A stretch of 64,000 nucleotides of DNA from Chrysomallon squamiferum (taxonomy: Eukaryota > Animalia > Mollusca): NCBI GenBank assembly GCA_012295275.1, contig CM022669.1, positions 10,788,001 through 10,852,000 on the forward strand. Reading direction: 5' to 3'. Positions 26,369 through 45,399 of the stretch are shown piece by piece. The translations under genes were made by a program, and so were the position numbers. Positions within the stretch are counted from its first letter, which is position 1, and the number at the start of each line of letters is the position of its first letter. The notes under the pieces are model-generated. The model made no database searches, was not told the origin of the DNA, and was given only the letters and a program-made list of their open reading frames with translations.

Positions 26369-27108
26369 ATATAAAATACAATGATAGTTTTTAGCTGATT
26401 GGCAGGTGTAAACAACATATATACACATATACTTCATTTACATCATATACATATACATACATCTAAATAGATATGTATACACACATATACACATATATGA
26501 TGTGTATGATATATATATATAACATATACACACATATGATATGTATGTCTGTGTGTATATGTGTACATGAGCATGCATGTGTTTGTGTCTGTGGTCAAAC
26601 AAAATATTATTGTACTAGGAAATGTCAAACATTCTATGGTATTTATAATAGTACACATGATTTTTATATTCATATAATCATTTTAATATAGAAAGGCTGC
26701 AATTTAAAATCCATAAAAAATATATTATATTACTTTTACAAAATAATGATATATATATATTCCCCTTCTAAAAAATATAACCATTTACCAACATGATTAA
26801 AAAGGTTCATGAAACTCCAGTAACATTATCTGCAATTAACAGTTAATATGATCTGGAATTAAATGAAACTACAGTAGAGACACCTGTTATAACATAATAA
26901 ATAAATAGCAAACCAGTGCACAGCAGAACGAATGTATTACAAAATGAAATATTTATGTGAAAACTGGGGTGTATATACCGTATCAAATGTTGACAACAAA
27001 TTAGTTTTTTCTTTTAATAATGAAACACAGTAGTATCTATCACAGTGAAAGTTCACCCTCGTTTTTTTTTTTTTTTATATATATTTCTAATAAACTAAAA
27101 AAAAATAA

Positions 27109-32040
<4,932 letters not shown>

Positions 32041-32650
32041 GGTCAGATAAATATTTGTCAAGTTCCTGTTTTTCTATACTATATTCAAAACAATAATATT
32101 TTAATCCTTAAATTATATTCATAAACTGAGACTCCAAATGTTAAATCAAAACAGTCAGAAGCATTAATTGACCGATCCACTGCATTTATAATTGTCGAAG
32201 GGCAACAAATAGACGAAAAGGTTTAGAGTCTTTGTTGTATTAAAACATTTGTTGAAAGCCTAAGGGGAAACCGAGACTTTCTCAGCACATGCGTAATGAA
32301 AAAGCTTCCTAAGTTTCAATATGGCCGACTAAAATAGTTTAGAATGCCCGGCTTCGCAAAATGTTTTTATTGCTTTGTGTATGCTTATAAAACGTAGCAC
32401 AATAGAACATTTTCAAGAATTCATAATGACGAAACACTTTATCGAATGTTAAATTGCAAACAAATAATTGATAATAGCATGTGTTAATCGCAGCGATGTG
32501 TTGTGTCAGGTTTGACACCTAAACAGTAAACTTGAACTAATCGATTATTTAAGTCGTTATATTTCCATTCATCATTTCATATTACATTTGTTAGTTTATT
32601 TATATTGGCACTAGTTATGTATAACCACAATAAGCAACGGAATCGACAAA
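32041..32650. promoter_or_regulatory. Probable bidirectional promoter GALT/LRRC49
   Basis: About 610 bp between the GALT ATG (32040, -) and a + strand ATG/donor (32651-32661, ATGTCAGAGAG|gtacgt). Locally CpG-retaining, with a YY1-like caatatggccgac (32317-32329) and an NRF1-like gcacatgcgt (32285-32294). Confidence 0.55.
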
Positions 32651-33885
32651 ATGTCAGAGAGGTACGTGATACATATATTTTTTAAATGTTTTAATTTTAA
32701 TTTTATTTTAAAATTTTAAAAATTCGTTTTAAAATTTGTTTATTTTATATTAATCCAGAAAGATTGTTGTTGTTAATAGTTATATTAAAAGTTTAAGATT
32801 ATATGCTGTAGAAGCTTTTACATATTAACTTGAAACATTCAAGGTATTTATGGTTTAAATTAAATTGTTAGGTAACAATGATATTTTTAATAATTATATA
32901 TATAAATTGCTGTAATTAGTACAACAACATCAGATTGGCTTACACTTATAAGAAACATATATAATACAATTACAAATGTGCAAAATCAGGAACTTGGTAT
33001 TATAAAATATGGACACATAAATAATTCTTACCCTTTCACCTGCATATTAACATATAATTATAAACCTATATTATTATGTAAAATATGTAAACTAAATGCA
33101 CAGAGACACATGCATACAGAAACAGATAGAGCAAACATTTCAGACTTGTAATATCTTGCACAAGTTTGGGTAAAAGGTACCTATAATTGGTAAAAATGCT
33201 AATATTTAAATTTTCATTAAAAAAACCCCACAAAAATATGTAAACCATCCAATATATGGTGTATACATATATGTGTGTATGTGTGTATATATATATATAT
33301 ATATATCTTTTGCTTTTTTGAGGAAAAAACAAATTTAGATTAAAGTCTTGCAATTTTGAAACAGTAGTTGCCTTGTTAGATCATAGACACATAAGCAAAC
33401 TTCTGTCTTTAATTTGCATTGAAATATTAATTTTCATTTAGGGCTGATCTTGTCACAGTGTGGTATGTAGATTTCATCCTGCATGAATCTTCATCTTTTG
33501 TTTCATATCAAGCACATTTTGATATAAAACTGAATGTGGTCGTTTACTGTTGCACAAAGAATATCATATTAAATATTCTTGTATATATATAATTCAGTCA
33601 TATTATAATGATGAGCCATCTTTGTCTTAAATAATTTCCTTGTTCTAAACTAATTTATAACATTCCTTGTTATATGCTTCTTAATAACCATCATTCTACA
33701 TAAATTCATATTCTAACAAGATCTGTTGTAAACATATTTATTTTGTCATCATTTGCTTTATGTATAACTAATAATAACATTAAATATGTCAATATTTCTC
33801 TGATTTTTATGTACAACAACAACAATCTATTTTATTTTTCTAGCTTTGAAATGTCCATTAACACTATCAAATATTTAATGTGGTT

Positions 33886-33917
<32 letters not shown>

Positions 33918-34329
33918 TTTCAATAGTTTTTTGATAAACCTATATAAAAACAACATTTTTCATTTTATTTGCTAATAAGAGAAACAGAACAAAACAAACA
34001 ATAACTTTCCAAAAGTGTTTCTGTTAATTTTAAAGCATTCATGGCATAATTTAGAGGAGCACTAATTAAAGCATAAGAAGATATATAAATAAGGTTCTTT
34101 TAGCATAATAAGTATTAATCTTTAAAGATTTATGTCTATTTTCAAATTATAACTGTAAACCCTTCATCAAAACATTTTAGTGCACCTGTTTTAAACACCA
34201 AACAGCTTTCCAGTGTAATGAATATTTATGAATATTCTATATTGTCAAGTGGAAATTAAAGATATTCACGTTTGTGATTATTTACATTTGTAGAGACACA
34301 GCACCTGCATGAGAATTTGGGTCTACACT

Positions 34330-34385
<56 letters not shown>

Positions 34386-34444
34386 GATGTTATTCTTCTT
34401 AATTTTATTATTGCCATTATTATTGTTATTATTTTTATTATTGC

Positions 34445-34499
<55 letters not shown>

Positions 34500-36025
34500 T
34501 TTATTATTGTTATTATTAATTAATTAGTTAATTTAATTATTTGTTGCAGTGTACATATATCAGAACTGTTGTTTGTTGTTTTGTGTTTAAAGTTTTAACT
34601 GAATTAATTTGACAGTAAATGTGTAAAAAAAATAAACACCCCAAAAACAAAGAAAAAACAAGTTATTTCTTTTCTTCAAATAAGTAGTGAATTTGAACAA
34701 CATTTTCAAATGGAATTTCATAATGCGGTTCAAAATTATTATATTTCAAAGAAATATTTACTTATTATGAATCATAAAATTTAATTTAACAGTGTTTTGG
34801 CAATGTTAAAATTAAAGTAAATGAACAAAATTTAAATTAACTTTATTCTATCAGTTGTTTTATGTTTTACAAATGAAAATATTCTTTATTTTTTATATAT
34901 ATGTTATTAAACAAGAACTTACCAGATATTTATATGTCATGTATAACTTCATACATGTATATATACAGTTAATATGTTAGTACATCTATGTTTATATGAA
35001 TGTAGATATAGGTACAAAAAATGTGTTTGTTTGTGTGTATAAAATAAGAAAATCAAAATCAGCCAGTGTTATATTTTGAATTGTTAATGTCTCTGTTGTT
35101 ATTTTATTATACATGGTTTGTTTCACTCACTCTTCATAACAACAAGCAGGTGTATATTTATTTACTGATGTTGAATTTAATAATTTATGGTAAATTTGAG
35201 TTCCAGTTGTAATTTCAAATAAAATGTTTGCTGAATTGAAATGGAAACAGAGAACATTTATTTCGATCACTTTCTGTTAATTATCATATATTTTAATTAA
35301 AGAAGTATGTTGCATATACAAAATACTACAAGTTGATATATTTTAATTTTAATTATGAGTTAATATTCATTCACAGTATTTGTACCCACACTGAAAAAAA
35401 AAAAAAAAAAAAAAATTTATTTCTACCAGTTATTATAACCTTAAATAATTTATTACATTATGATTTAGAGAGTAATTCTAAATTAAGAATGATGGTTCAT
35501 TTGGTTTCCTTAATACAATTTTTTTTTTTTTTGTATAGAAAATGTTTTATAATTAGCAGGCACAGTTAATGCAGAACTTTTACAGAAAATGTGTTAATAC
35601 TAATGGGCACAGTTAATTCAGAATTTTACAAAAGAAAATGTTTCAGTATTGATGGGTTAATATAGGATTTGTACAGAAAATGTTGTTTTAGCATGCTGGA
35701 GTACAGCTAATGCAGAACAGCTGGTGCTAAGTAATTTGTTTGACTACATAATATAATAATTACATTGTTTTAACACATAGACTAGATTACTAGCTTTGTT
35801 AGACAGCTGTCAGAAATAATCAAATCATTTCTTCACTTATTGTAAAATAAGTTATGACATTATGATAGTTAAAATGTCAAGTATTTTTGTATAATTGCCA
35901 TGTGCAGATTATTCCTAACTACAAAACACTGCTGGCTTCCAAAAATTTGGAACTTCACACCTGTTATTTATTTACTTTATTGTTAACAAATGTTTGTAAG
36001 TAATGTGGAGTTGTGACATGAGCAG

Positions 36026-36062
<37 letters not shown>

Positions 36063-36887
36063 TGTTATTGTTTTTGTTGTTTTTATTAGTATAATAATAC
36101 TACTGCTACTTCTACTACTATTACTATTATTATTTTTGTTATTAAGGGTAGTGTTATTGTTCTTCTTATTAGTAGTAGTAGTAATAGTTATTGTAGTCCT
36201 ATTATTATTTATATTATTATTATCATTATTATTATTATTATTACTGTTATTGTTTTTTGGCTTTTGGGTTTTTTTAATTATTATAATGATACTACTGCTA
36301 CTTCTACTACTATTACTATTATTATTTTTGTTATTAATAACTAAGGGTAGTACTAGTAGTAATAGTTATTGTAGTCTTATTATTATTTCTATTATTATTA
36401 TAATTATCATTATCATTATTATTATTATCATCATTATTATTGTTATTATTACTGTTAGTATTATTTTATTATTGCTATTATTATTGTTTGTTTGTTTGTT
36501 TATTTATTTATTTATTTATTGCAGTGTACATATTATAGTGCTGCCATTTATTATTACATTCCAGTTTAGCTTTATCAACTAAATTATTCATTATGCTTGC
36601 AGACGGCTTCTATTTGTCACATAGCAACATCAACTCTTTCCTTACAAGTTGACCCTACTAGTTTTTCTTGTACTAACACAAGGGAGAAGCCTCTTGTAAG
36701 TAAATTTGACATAACATTTGCACTGACTCAGAATTACCTTTAATATTCTGCCTGATTTATATGACATTTTTAAAATGATTTTGTTTCTAGAGATGTGGTC
36801 ACATTAAGATGCTTCACTGATTAGTTTTTTTTGTTGTCTCTGCCAAAGGGAGGTAATAGGGTAGGGCAAGATGTAGAACAAAAAAGA

Positions 36888-36984
<97 letters not shown>

Positions 36985-38075
36985 TTAATAATAATTATAA
37001 TAATAATGATAATAATGTTAATAATAACAATAACAATAACTAATAGTGATAATAATGATATTAATAACAATAACAACAACACAACAACAACAACAATAAT
37101 AATATTATTATCAGTATGCTCTGAATTTTGAATTTTTGTTTAATGTTTAGGTCAAACCTGAAAATTTAACACAGTGGAAATCTAACTGTTTATGTTAGTT
37201 ATTATTAGAATGAAATTGTGAATGTCAAATTTAATTCTTGTTTTTTTTTATCTTAATCTGTACACGTAAATCAAGTTGGTTTGATTTATAACACAATTTT
37301 AAGTGATCAAAGTTCCTATTTGTTAATTTTAAAATATACTAACTTAGCATTATCATCGCTTAACAGTTATTACAGTTTTTGATAAATAAAAGCTGCTAAT
37401 CATAACATAAGTCATACCTGCTATCTTATTACTAGTATGATATTTATTAAAATTTTCCTGACATATCATTAAAACTGTTAGTCTTGCTTTTTAATCAAGG
37501 ATTTTAACAAAAGATATTAAATTATGTTTTGTTTTATGAGACCATTAAAAATTAGGTTATAATTAATATTTCTATATTGTGATTAAGTAATAACAAACAT
37601 ATTAACATATTATTACATGTTTAAATAATAACAAACATATTAATATTATTACATGTTTAAGTAATAACAAACATATTAACATATTATTACATGTTTAAGT
37701 AATAACAAACATATTAACATATTATTACATGTTTAAGTAATAACAAACATATTAACATATTTCTGTATGGTGTTAGTATGAAACAGTTGAAATCATGCAC
37801 ATTCTGTTTTCATCTTATGGTATCACATAGCATTAATTTCTAATTAATTTTATGTTGATATAAAATAACATGTAACGTGATGTTTATTTAAATACTCTTT
37901 TGAAATGAAATGTTATAATGCATTCGAGGTTTGCATTAAATTGTAAAAATTCTGTTACAGCCACTGTCATCCACTGTGAATGACAACAACACTGCAGTTT
38001 TTAGACAGACACATTCCACAGAAAACATGAGACGTTTCAATCAGCAGCACGACTTCAACATCAACAACCTCGCAG
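32651..38075 (+). CDS. LRRC49: Candidate upstream N-terminal exons of LRRC49 (long isoform)
   Basis: 32651-32661 (MSE.., phase 2 out), 36603-36695 (TASICHIATSTLSLQVDPTSFSCTNTREKPL, phase 0-0, gcag/gtaagt) and 37961-38075 (PLSSTVNDNN...HDFNINNLA, phase 0-1), which joins exon 50540 in frame. The phase link between 32661 and 36603 is unresolved. Confidence 0.5.
37583..37761. repeat. ~38-bp minisatellite, about 4.7 copies
   Basis: ttaagtaataacaaacatattaacatattattacatgt repeated almost perfectly. Confidence 0.9.
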
Positions 38076-39441
38076 GTTTGTAATGACATCATTATTTTAT
38101 TCGACATCAGCACGTTTTTTGTGAATGCATCTGACATTCGGACCATTGTCATTACAAACACTTCAAGTCTGAATGTACTTATTTGCAGGCTGAAATCATT
38201 GTTTAAAAGTTGGAATTTCTAAATAATAATTTATTTGCATGGGCAACCATTCCCCACTAAAAAAACAAAAAATAAAAAAAAAAAATAAAGAAAAAGAACC
38301 ACCAAAGAACAAGACTAAACAAAAATCCTTATAAATTAATATACAATAAACAAAACAAACATTTGAAAAAAATTATCAAACTCGTTCACACTATGTGGTC
38401 TTCCACTGTAATAGTTACTGAAGTGATAGCCTCCCCTTAGCTGTGAAAAATAACATGAATTACGTAAAAATGTAAAATAAGATACGGTATGGAAAATACT
38501 AAAGCAATAATTCATTTTACTGGCATGTTTTTCTTTGTTTCTTTTTAGTTGTGTCTGTTTTGTTTTCTTCAGTCTTAGAAAGTGAAACATGAATAATGAA
38601 TGCACTTTTAATCTTTTTTACTAGAAAAACACACAACTCATAAATAAAAATAAAAAAGTAGTTGAAGGAAAAGACATATTGTTTTACATGGGAAGTTTGT
38701 GCTTGTGTGATTTCTGTATTTTGAATACATATTTTTAAAAATGTGTTATGTATACATTTGTTGTTATATGGGAGCTGTACAAATTATTTATGTAAAAAAT
38801 TTCTTTCTGCTGAATCATAAGACTGTTCCACTGAATGACACACGTTTTTTCTTTTTTTTTTTTCATTTTATCACATTTAGAAAAAATAAAAATAAAAATG
38901 TATACTCATAGGACCTTAAAACATTTCTTACAAAATACACTTTAATTTCATTCACATTTTGCTTATACTTATCTGTAAGGATCTGTAATGACAGTGTTTG
39001 AAAGTACCAGTAATAGTTTAGTTACATACATACAATTATTTTGTTGTTTCCCTAATCAGTGCAAAAGCATTATTTGTATAGATTGTTTGAGCCTTTGGAT
39101 CCTGAACTCCAACACAAATATTAGCCCATACCCTGAGCTGTCCAAGCAAAATGTCAGAAATTAGCAATATATATTTTTGGTCTCTACAAGCTTATTCATT
39201 GAATGTTTACTGAACATGAATTTTTAATAAATACAGCACATAAATAACACATGATAGCAAAAATATTAACTGCTTGCGTTCAAAGGCTTAATTCAGAACA
39301 AATACAAAAGTGTCATACTGAGCAATATAATAATTACATCAACACATACATTTATTACATAGAGCATAGATGAAATCATTACCTGAGTTTGGAAATGTAT
39401 GCATTTTACTGTAAAGTTTAAATAAATTCATACATGTCTTT

Positions 39442-39495
<54 letters not shown>

Positions 39496-40209
39496 GCTAT
39501 ATGTATATTATAAACCCCAAAGTTAAGGCTAACATATCATCACAATGTTTTTAATTGCAAAGAAATGGCCTTGAATGCTGGTTTTTAGAAAATCACTTGA
39601 TATTCTAATTATAAAAGTATTAATATGGATTAAATTATAATACTTCAGATTAGTTAATGCAACATCTAGTGTGAGATTAGGATTCAATTAAAAGTATTTT
39701 TATGTGTTTAACTATTTATAATTTTGTATAATGTAACTTTCATGAGTCACATTTATTTTTTTTATTTTTCTGTGTGTGAAAAAAACCTATTCTGTTGTAT
39801 ATGCATTTATTTGCACAGGTAAGTAAATTTGATATCCAGTTAAAAAGAATGAAGCAAATTGTTTGTTTTTTTCAAATTCAAAAATGTAAATGAAATTTTG
39901 TTTATAAATCTTAGCATGCACATTAAAAACTCAAAATCACAAGCATTGTGTTATAGACAGAAAAGAAAAAGAAATGAAACTTACTGCTTCTTCGGATCAC
40001 AGTCTGTAATTCTTCGAGGTGGGTTAGTTCAGTGTGTTTGTATATTTACTAATTCTGTGCCACCTGAACTTGTAAATGAGTTGTAAACAGTTTGAACAAA
40101 CACCCCATTATCACTGTGTGTGATATATGTGAAGTGTACTCTGTGAACAGTTAAAAGTGATCATTTATATGCAGCATTTTGCTCCAAGTGTTATGCAGAA
40201 TGTTTTATC

Positions 40210-40900
40210 ATTCCATGCTGTGGCATATTTAGAAGATAATTCACAAGACTGTGCAGTGGTTGCTAACATACAGTGCTTTACTTTGAGTGTGTTTAATTAT
40301 ACCACATTGTGATAACAGCATTATGTAACATAATTTTCCAAGACTTTATAATGGGTGCTAATATTCAGTGATTTAGTCAATTGCAGTTTGATGTGTTTTA
40401 TTGTATCAGATTGTGATAATATTGCTATGAAGTATGATTCACCCATTTAAAGCATGTCATTGTGTTCTGTCATATCACTTTGTGACAGTGTTATTAAAAA
40501 ATATTCTTGAACCCTTCTATGACTGTTTCTTACAAACGTCAGTCCAATCATTGTATTGCTGTGTGTTTTGTTATCTCTGTTTGTGACACTGCTATTTGAA
40601 AGAATTCACCAAAACTTTGTACTGGTAATGGATTTTAAACTCAGATCCTGTTGGTGTGTTTTATTATTTTAGTTAGTGACTGTAGCATTAAGAACAATTC
40701 CCCAAGACTAACAAATTGCTGTTCAGTCATTCTAATGTGGTGGATTTCATACATGTATATACATTTTTTTTAATGATTATATCTGTTTGTGACAGAGTTA
40801 TTATAAAAAATAATTCCCTAGACTTTTTAGTGGTTTCTTCAAAGTGTTTTATCTTACAGTCTGTGACAGCACTGTCATGAAAAACAGTTATAATAATCAC
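40210..40900. repeat. Old degenerate tandem repeat, ~95-100-bp period
   Basis: Recurrent tgtgaca/tgtgata...(t)att..aa.aa.aattc.c.aagact...gtgttttat motif. Confidence 0.55.
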
Positions 40901-41487
40901 TTAAAGTTCAGCCAGTCAAACACTGTGTGCTTTATTTCTAACAGATTTTCCTTCTGTTAATTTACTTAATGTGAATTATACATGCACCCAGTGTATAAAC
41001 CCTTTACCGTACTGGATTAATAATACATTTCTCCATACTCGAGTTGCACACCACAATCAAATGTAGCCTGTATGAAACACCTTTCTGATTTTGATCAATA
41101 TCTTTTTAATTGTCAATATCTGTTCTTCATTCAGAGTAACGTCAGTCACAAATTGAGACACTTATTAACTGTGCATTTAATCTATCGCACGAAGAAAAAA
41201 CATTCACAAAAAATGGAAGAAGAAAAAAAAAAAAGTCAATCATGTGTTTCAGTAATCTTTTGTAGACCATGACTGTGATATTGTTTATTCATGCAAAAAC
41301 AATCAGTGCATTTTGTGTGTGTGCTTTTTAATTTTTCTCTTGTACCACCTGATTACTGCATGCATCTGGCTAGCTGTTCATTGAGGTAAAAAGCTTATGG
41401 ATACAAATTTCTAACTGGGATTAATTACCAGAAAGTTGTGACCACAAGTACATGTGTAAGTAGGTGTAGGTTTGCACGACTGCCAAA

Positions 41488-41569
41488 ATGAATTGGCAGA
41501 AAGCTGCATCTTTGGAACGTGCTTCGCTTATTACCAGTATGGCTGTACGGATGGAAAAGCGGATGAATG
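41488..41569 (+). CDS. LRRC49: Candidate alternative first coding exon of LRRC49
   Basis: caaaATG MNWQKAASLERASLITSMAVRMEKRMN followed by G|gtaagt (perfect donor); phase 1 matches exon 50540. Confidence 0.55.
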
Positions 41570-42358
41570 GTAAGTGGTTTGTTTGAAATTATTTTCAAAT
41601 AATAAATCTTCATTCTGGAATAGCACATTTGTTGTTGCCAGATTATCTTTTCGTTGTCCATAAAGTAGTCGTTACATTTCTCACGTCAGCCATTTCTGTA
41701 GTTGTAATAAACAAATATTGGGGTTCTTTTTTGTTTTTGTTTTTGTTTTTTTTGTTGTTGTTTTTTTTTCCAATTAAGAAGAGCTGCAGATATTGAAAAA
41801 TGTTTTCTCCATGTTTCTTTATGGTCTAATTAAATTACATCTATTAGAAGAAAAAGTTATGAATTATGGTGAAAATATTTATGTCGTTAATCATTCAGAT
41901 ATTTATAGACTTACAAACAAAAGGGTATTAACCTTGTAGAAACTCAAGGTTTCCTGAAGAAACAGATTTATGCTATGTGTATTTGTGAATATGTATATGT
42001 GTATGCATGTTATTAAGAGAAATTGAGAGAGAAAAAGAAATAGAAAGAATGAGTGTATATAACATTGTTATTCTGTAAGAGAGAGAGAGATGGATATAAT
42101 TGATTCTTACTCTGTATATGAGTGGGTGTGTTTTTCTCTTTTTATTTTGTGAATGTATTTGTGTTTATAAATGTAATTTTGTGATGTTCCTATGTTCATA
42201 TTTTTTAACGTTTTTATAATCAGCAAAAACATTTTAGTTTAATTGTAAATTTGTTCATAATGTTGTTGTTGTTGTTATTAATACAACTGTCCATTAACTG
42301 TCAAGTGTCAATGTGATTATATTTATTTTCTTTACATTTTTTGTGTTTTATTTGATAG

Positions 42359-42373
42359 ATGTACGATCTAAAC
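42359..42373 (+). CDS. LRRC49: Candidate 15-nt microexon of LRRC49
   Basis: Long T-rich tract, then tttgatag|ATGTACGATCTAAAC|gtaagt; phase 1-1, frame-preserving (D-V-R-S-K). Confidence 0.55.
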
Positions 42374-43499
42374 GTAAGTAAACTCTATCAATTTGCTTTA
42401 TTATGCATGCATGTTTCACTTTCATGGTAAACTGTTATGATTAGCTTAACTTTACATTTAAACTTTGAATATATATTTTTTTTTATGACACACTTATAAA
42501 ATTCACACACAACAACTCTGTCACTGTCTCTCAGTTCATTTCATTTTGAAAGTTACTGTTTTTCACATCATGATGATGATGATGATGATAATTATTATTA
42601 TCAGTCAGTAATGATTTCAGAAAGATAATAATTTAAAAAAAGGTTTAAATTGCTCAAGTCAGTTTTCAGTTTGTTTGTTTTATATGTCATTCTTTTATCA
42701 TTGTTCTTTTTTTTATTTTTTTTTATACTCTATCTCCTTTATGGTCACATATTCACATCTCTTTATTTTATTTTCATTTCTGAAGCAAATACACAAACAC
42801 ATATAAGCTTATTAATATCATTTATATTCACAAAACAAATATAATGTCACTTTACACAAGCATCCAGTCAATTAGATATTTTATTAACAAAATAAACATT
42901 CATATTAATTCAATAAAATTAAAATGTCATCTATAAAGTATGTATGAACAAAATGGAACTTCATTATTATGACATTTTTTAAATGATGCATAACTACAGA
43001 GATATAGATATATATATAGATATGGATATTTAAATATAGATGTAGATGTATAAATAGTTTACAGCAAGCTTAGTGATATTAATCTTCAAAACATACAATT
43101 AGAAGAATTATAAATTATAATTTATGTAGTTACTGATTACAGGGGAATCTTTATTTTATTTTAACTCAAGGAATTATTGACCATGTGCTAGCTTACAGGA
43201 TGCCTAGATATGTAACAACTGGCTCTATAAAAACGAGTTTTATTTATATATATACTTATTTGACAATAATTGTAATCTGTGCAAAATAACATTTTTATTT
43301 TATTTTATTTTAATATATTTTTTAGGGTGGGGGGTGGGGATGAGAACAAACTTAATGAATCCTCAGGTGTTTGTTTGTTTTCCAGTACACTACTCCTTTT
43401 GATATTCAAGAATGCTTCAATTTTTAGAATGGGAAATAGTCTAAATTGAGGTTCGGTAACCACAACAAGTGTATTATGTGTAAATTATTAAAACAGGGG

Positions 43500-43750
43500 A
43501 AAAAGAAGGAGACATGTTTTATTTAAAGACCCTTTTGACACATCTTTAATCCACTCTTACCTTATTTCATGAAATAATGACAATAACTAAACAGATAACA
43601 AAGGGAAAACCTTCTGTTTCCACTCAGTGGGTTACTCTTTTTCAGTTAGCAACAAGAGAATGTATATGTATACCTTCTCGCAGGCAGGAAAATAAATCAA
43701 CGCCTTTGATAATCTAGTTAGAGGCACTTACCACTGGAACTGAAAATAGC
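43500..43750 (-). mobile_element. Degenerate tRNA-derived SINE copy
   Basis: Core gggttactctttttcagttagcaacaagag is shared with 52228 (gggctactctttttaataagcagtaagag) and, inverted, with 57895-57932. Confidence 0.55.
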
Positions 43751-44566
43751 TATGAAAAGAGATATGAATGAATAGATTAGTATTAAATATTCTATAGTTA
43801 CCTCTGTATTCTGCAACCATGAATCAATTTCTCATTTTGAGTCGAATAATGCAGACACAGTACAACCCTCTTTGATAACTCTCAGGTGTTGTGAGAAGTC
43901 AGTGGTACGAAAAATATCAAAACTGTGTTTGGTTATGGTTTACTTGATAAAGTATAAAAGAGAAACAACTCATAAACCAACCATTTTGCTTTGTGTCAAG
44001 CCGTTATTTATCACAGCGATTTATCTCATAACACATTTTTGATTAAAAGTTATTGGCAGATTAAATCCTGTTTAAATTTGCTTTCATAATAATTGTACGA
44101 TTGTAATTTGTACATGTCCCAGCTAAGACTTGAAGTTAACGTTGCAGTCTTGGTTAATGTTCCTATGTCTAGGCTATTATGAAGTGTTGTGTTGTGCAGA
44201 ATAGACTGCAAGGAGTAGATCCTGCCTTTTTAATAGAGGAGGTGCTTGCTGGCTTGCCCAATATTCTTTTTTAGTCTTTCTTTTAAGTTTTGTTAAGCTA
44301 GCATTTATATGTGTTTTAATATATTATTTTGTATAAAGAAGAAAAGGTGATGGTGCTAATAGTAAAGGTAGTAGCTGCAGCAACAGTGATACTGACATAA
44401 GCAGTAGTAGTTGTAGTAATAGTAATAGTTGTAGTAGCAATAATAGTAATATTACTGTTACAAAGAACTGTTACTGATTAATTACAAACTCCATTGTTTG
44501 GATTAAATAGCATATATCATAGTGTTATAAATATGTTTTTTTCTTATTAAGTAATAGAATACAAAT

Positions 44567-44640
44567 AGGTGCCACTAGCTGGAATTGAACCAACAGTCTT
44601 CCATTCATATGTCAAAAGACATTATTAACACTGTGGTTTT
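44567..44640 (-). pseudogene. Decayed tRNA-like sequence or SINE head
   Basis: The minus strand reads ...gactgttGGTTCAATTCCagctagtggcacc (B-box/T-arm-like); no intact acceptor stem or D-arm. Confidence 0.35.
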
Positions 44641-45399
44641 TGTCCTATCAGAGATATTTAAGATAGAAAACACAATCTCCATTTAAATTACAAAAAGTAT
44701 TTTGTAGGTAATTATACCTTTTCACTGTTAGATAGAGTTAAAATACTGAGTGTGAGTTTTTTAAATTAATAATTAACTAATCTGTATCCAGCATACATTT
44801 TTTGCAAAGAGAAAATTAATTTTTTGTAATTTGTTTTAACACATATTCCTTCATTTGTATTTAAATATTATTTCTATAATTGAAAACTGCTTACGGTTTT
44901 TCAAAACCATTTTTTTTTTTTTTTTCTTCTTTTTTTTTAAAGTATTTACAGTCTTGAGGTTACAACATGTCAGTATAATGTCTGAAATTCAAAACGAAAA
45001 TATTATTAAAGATGACAAAAGATAAAGTTAAAAAAAGCACCTGCAAAAGTTTTATTTTGATATTCCATAACCGATCAAAACTTTTGTTACCTCCCTTAGC
45101 TGTTATTAAACCACCCTTGAAAATTGCAAATCACCCTACAATGTTGTAAGACCACCCATGAAAGTTATTAGACTGTGCTTACAAAACAGTATTTTAAAGA
45201 ATTAATTTTGACAGCTCTCATTTTAGCCAGTGTTTCTGTGGAATGTATTTAATGTTTGATACTCACACTTTTTTTACCTGCTTTACTAGAACTAATGTTC
45301 ATTTCTTGGATAACATTTCTAGATCAAACTTATAGTTTTATGAGATTGGAGTTAAAAAAGTGTTTGTTTCTTTGTATTTATTTTTCAAGGAAATATTAA

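Noticed and set aside
44567-44640. Functional tRNA gene
   Set aside because: Only the T-arm/B-box is recognisable; the cloverleaf cannot be completed.
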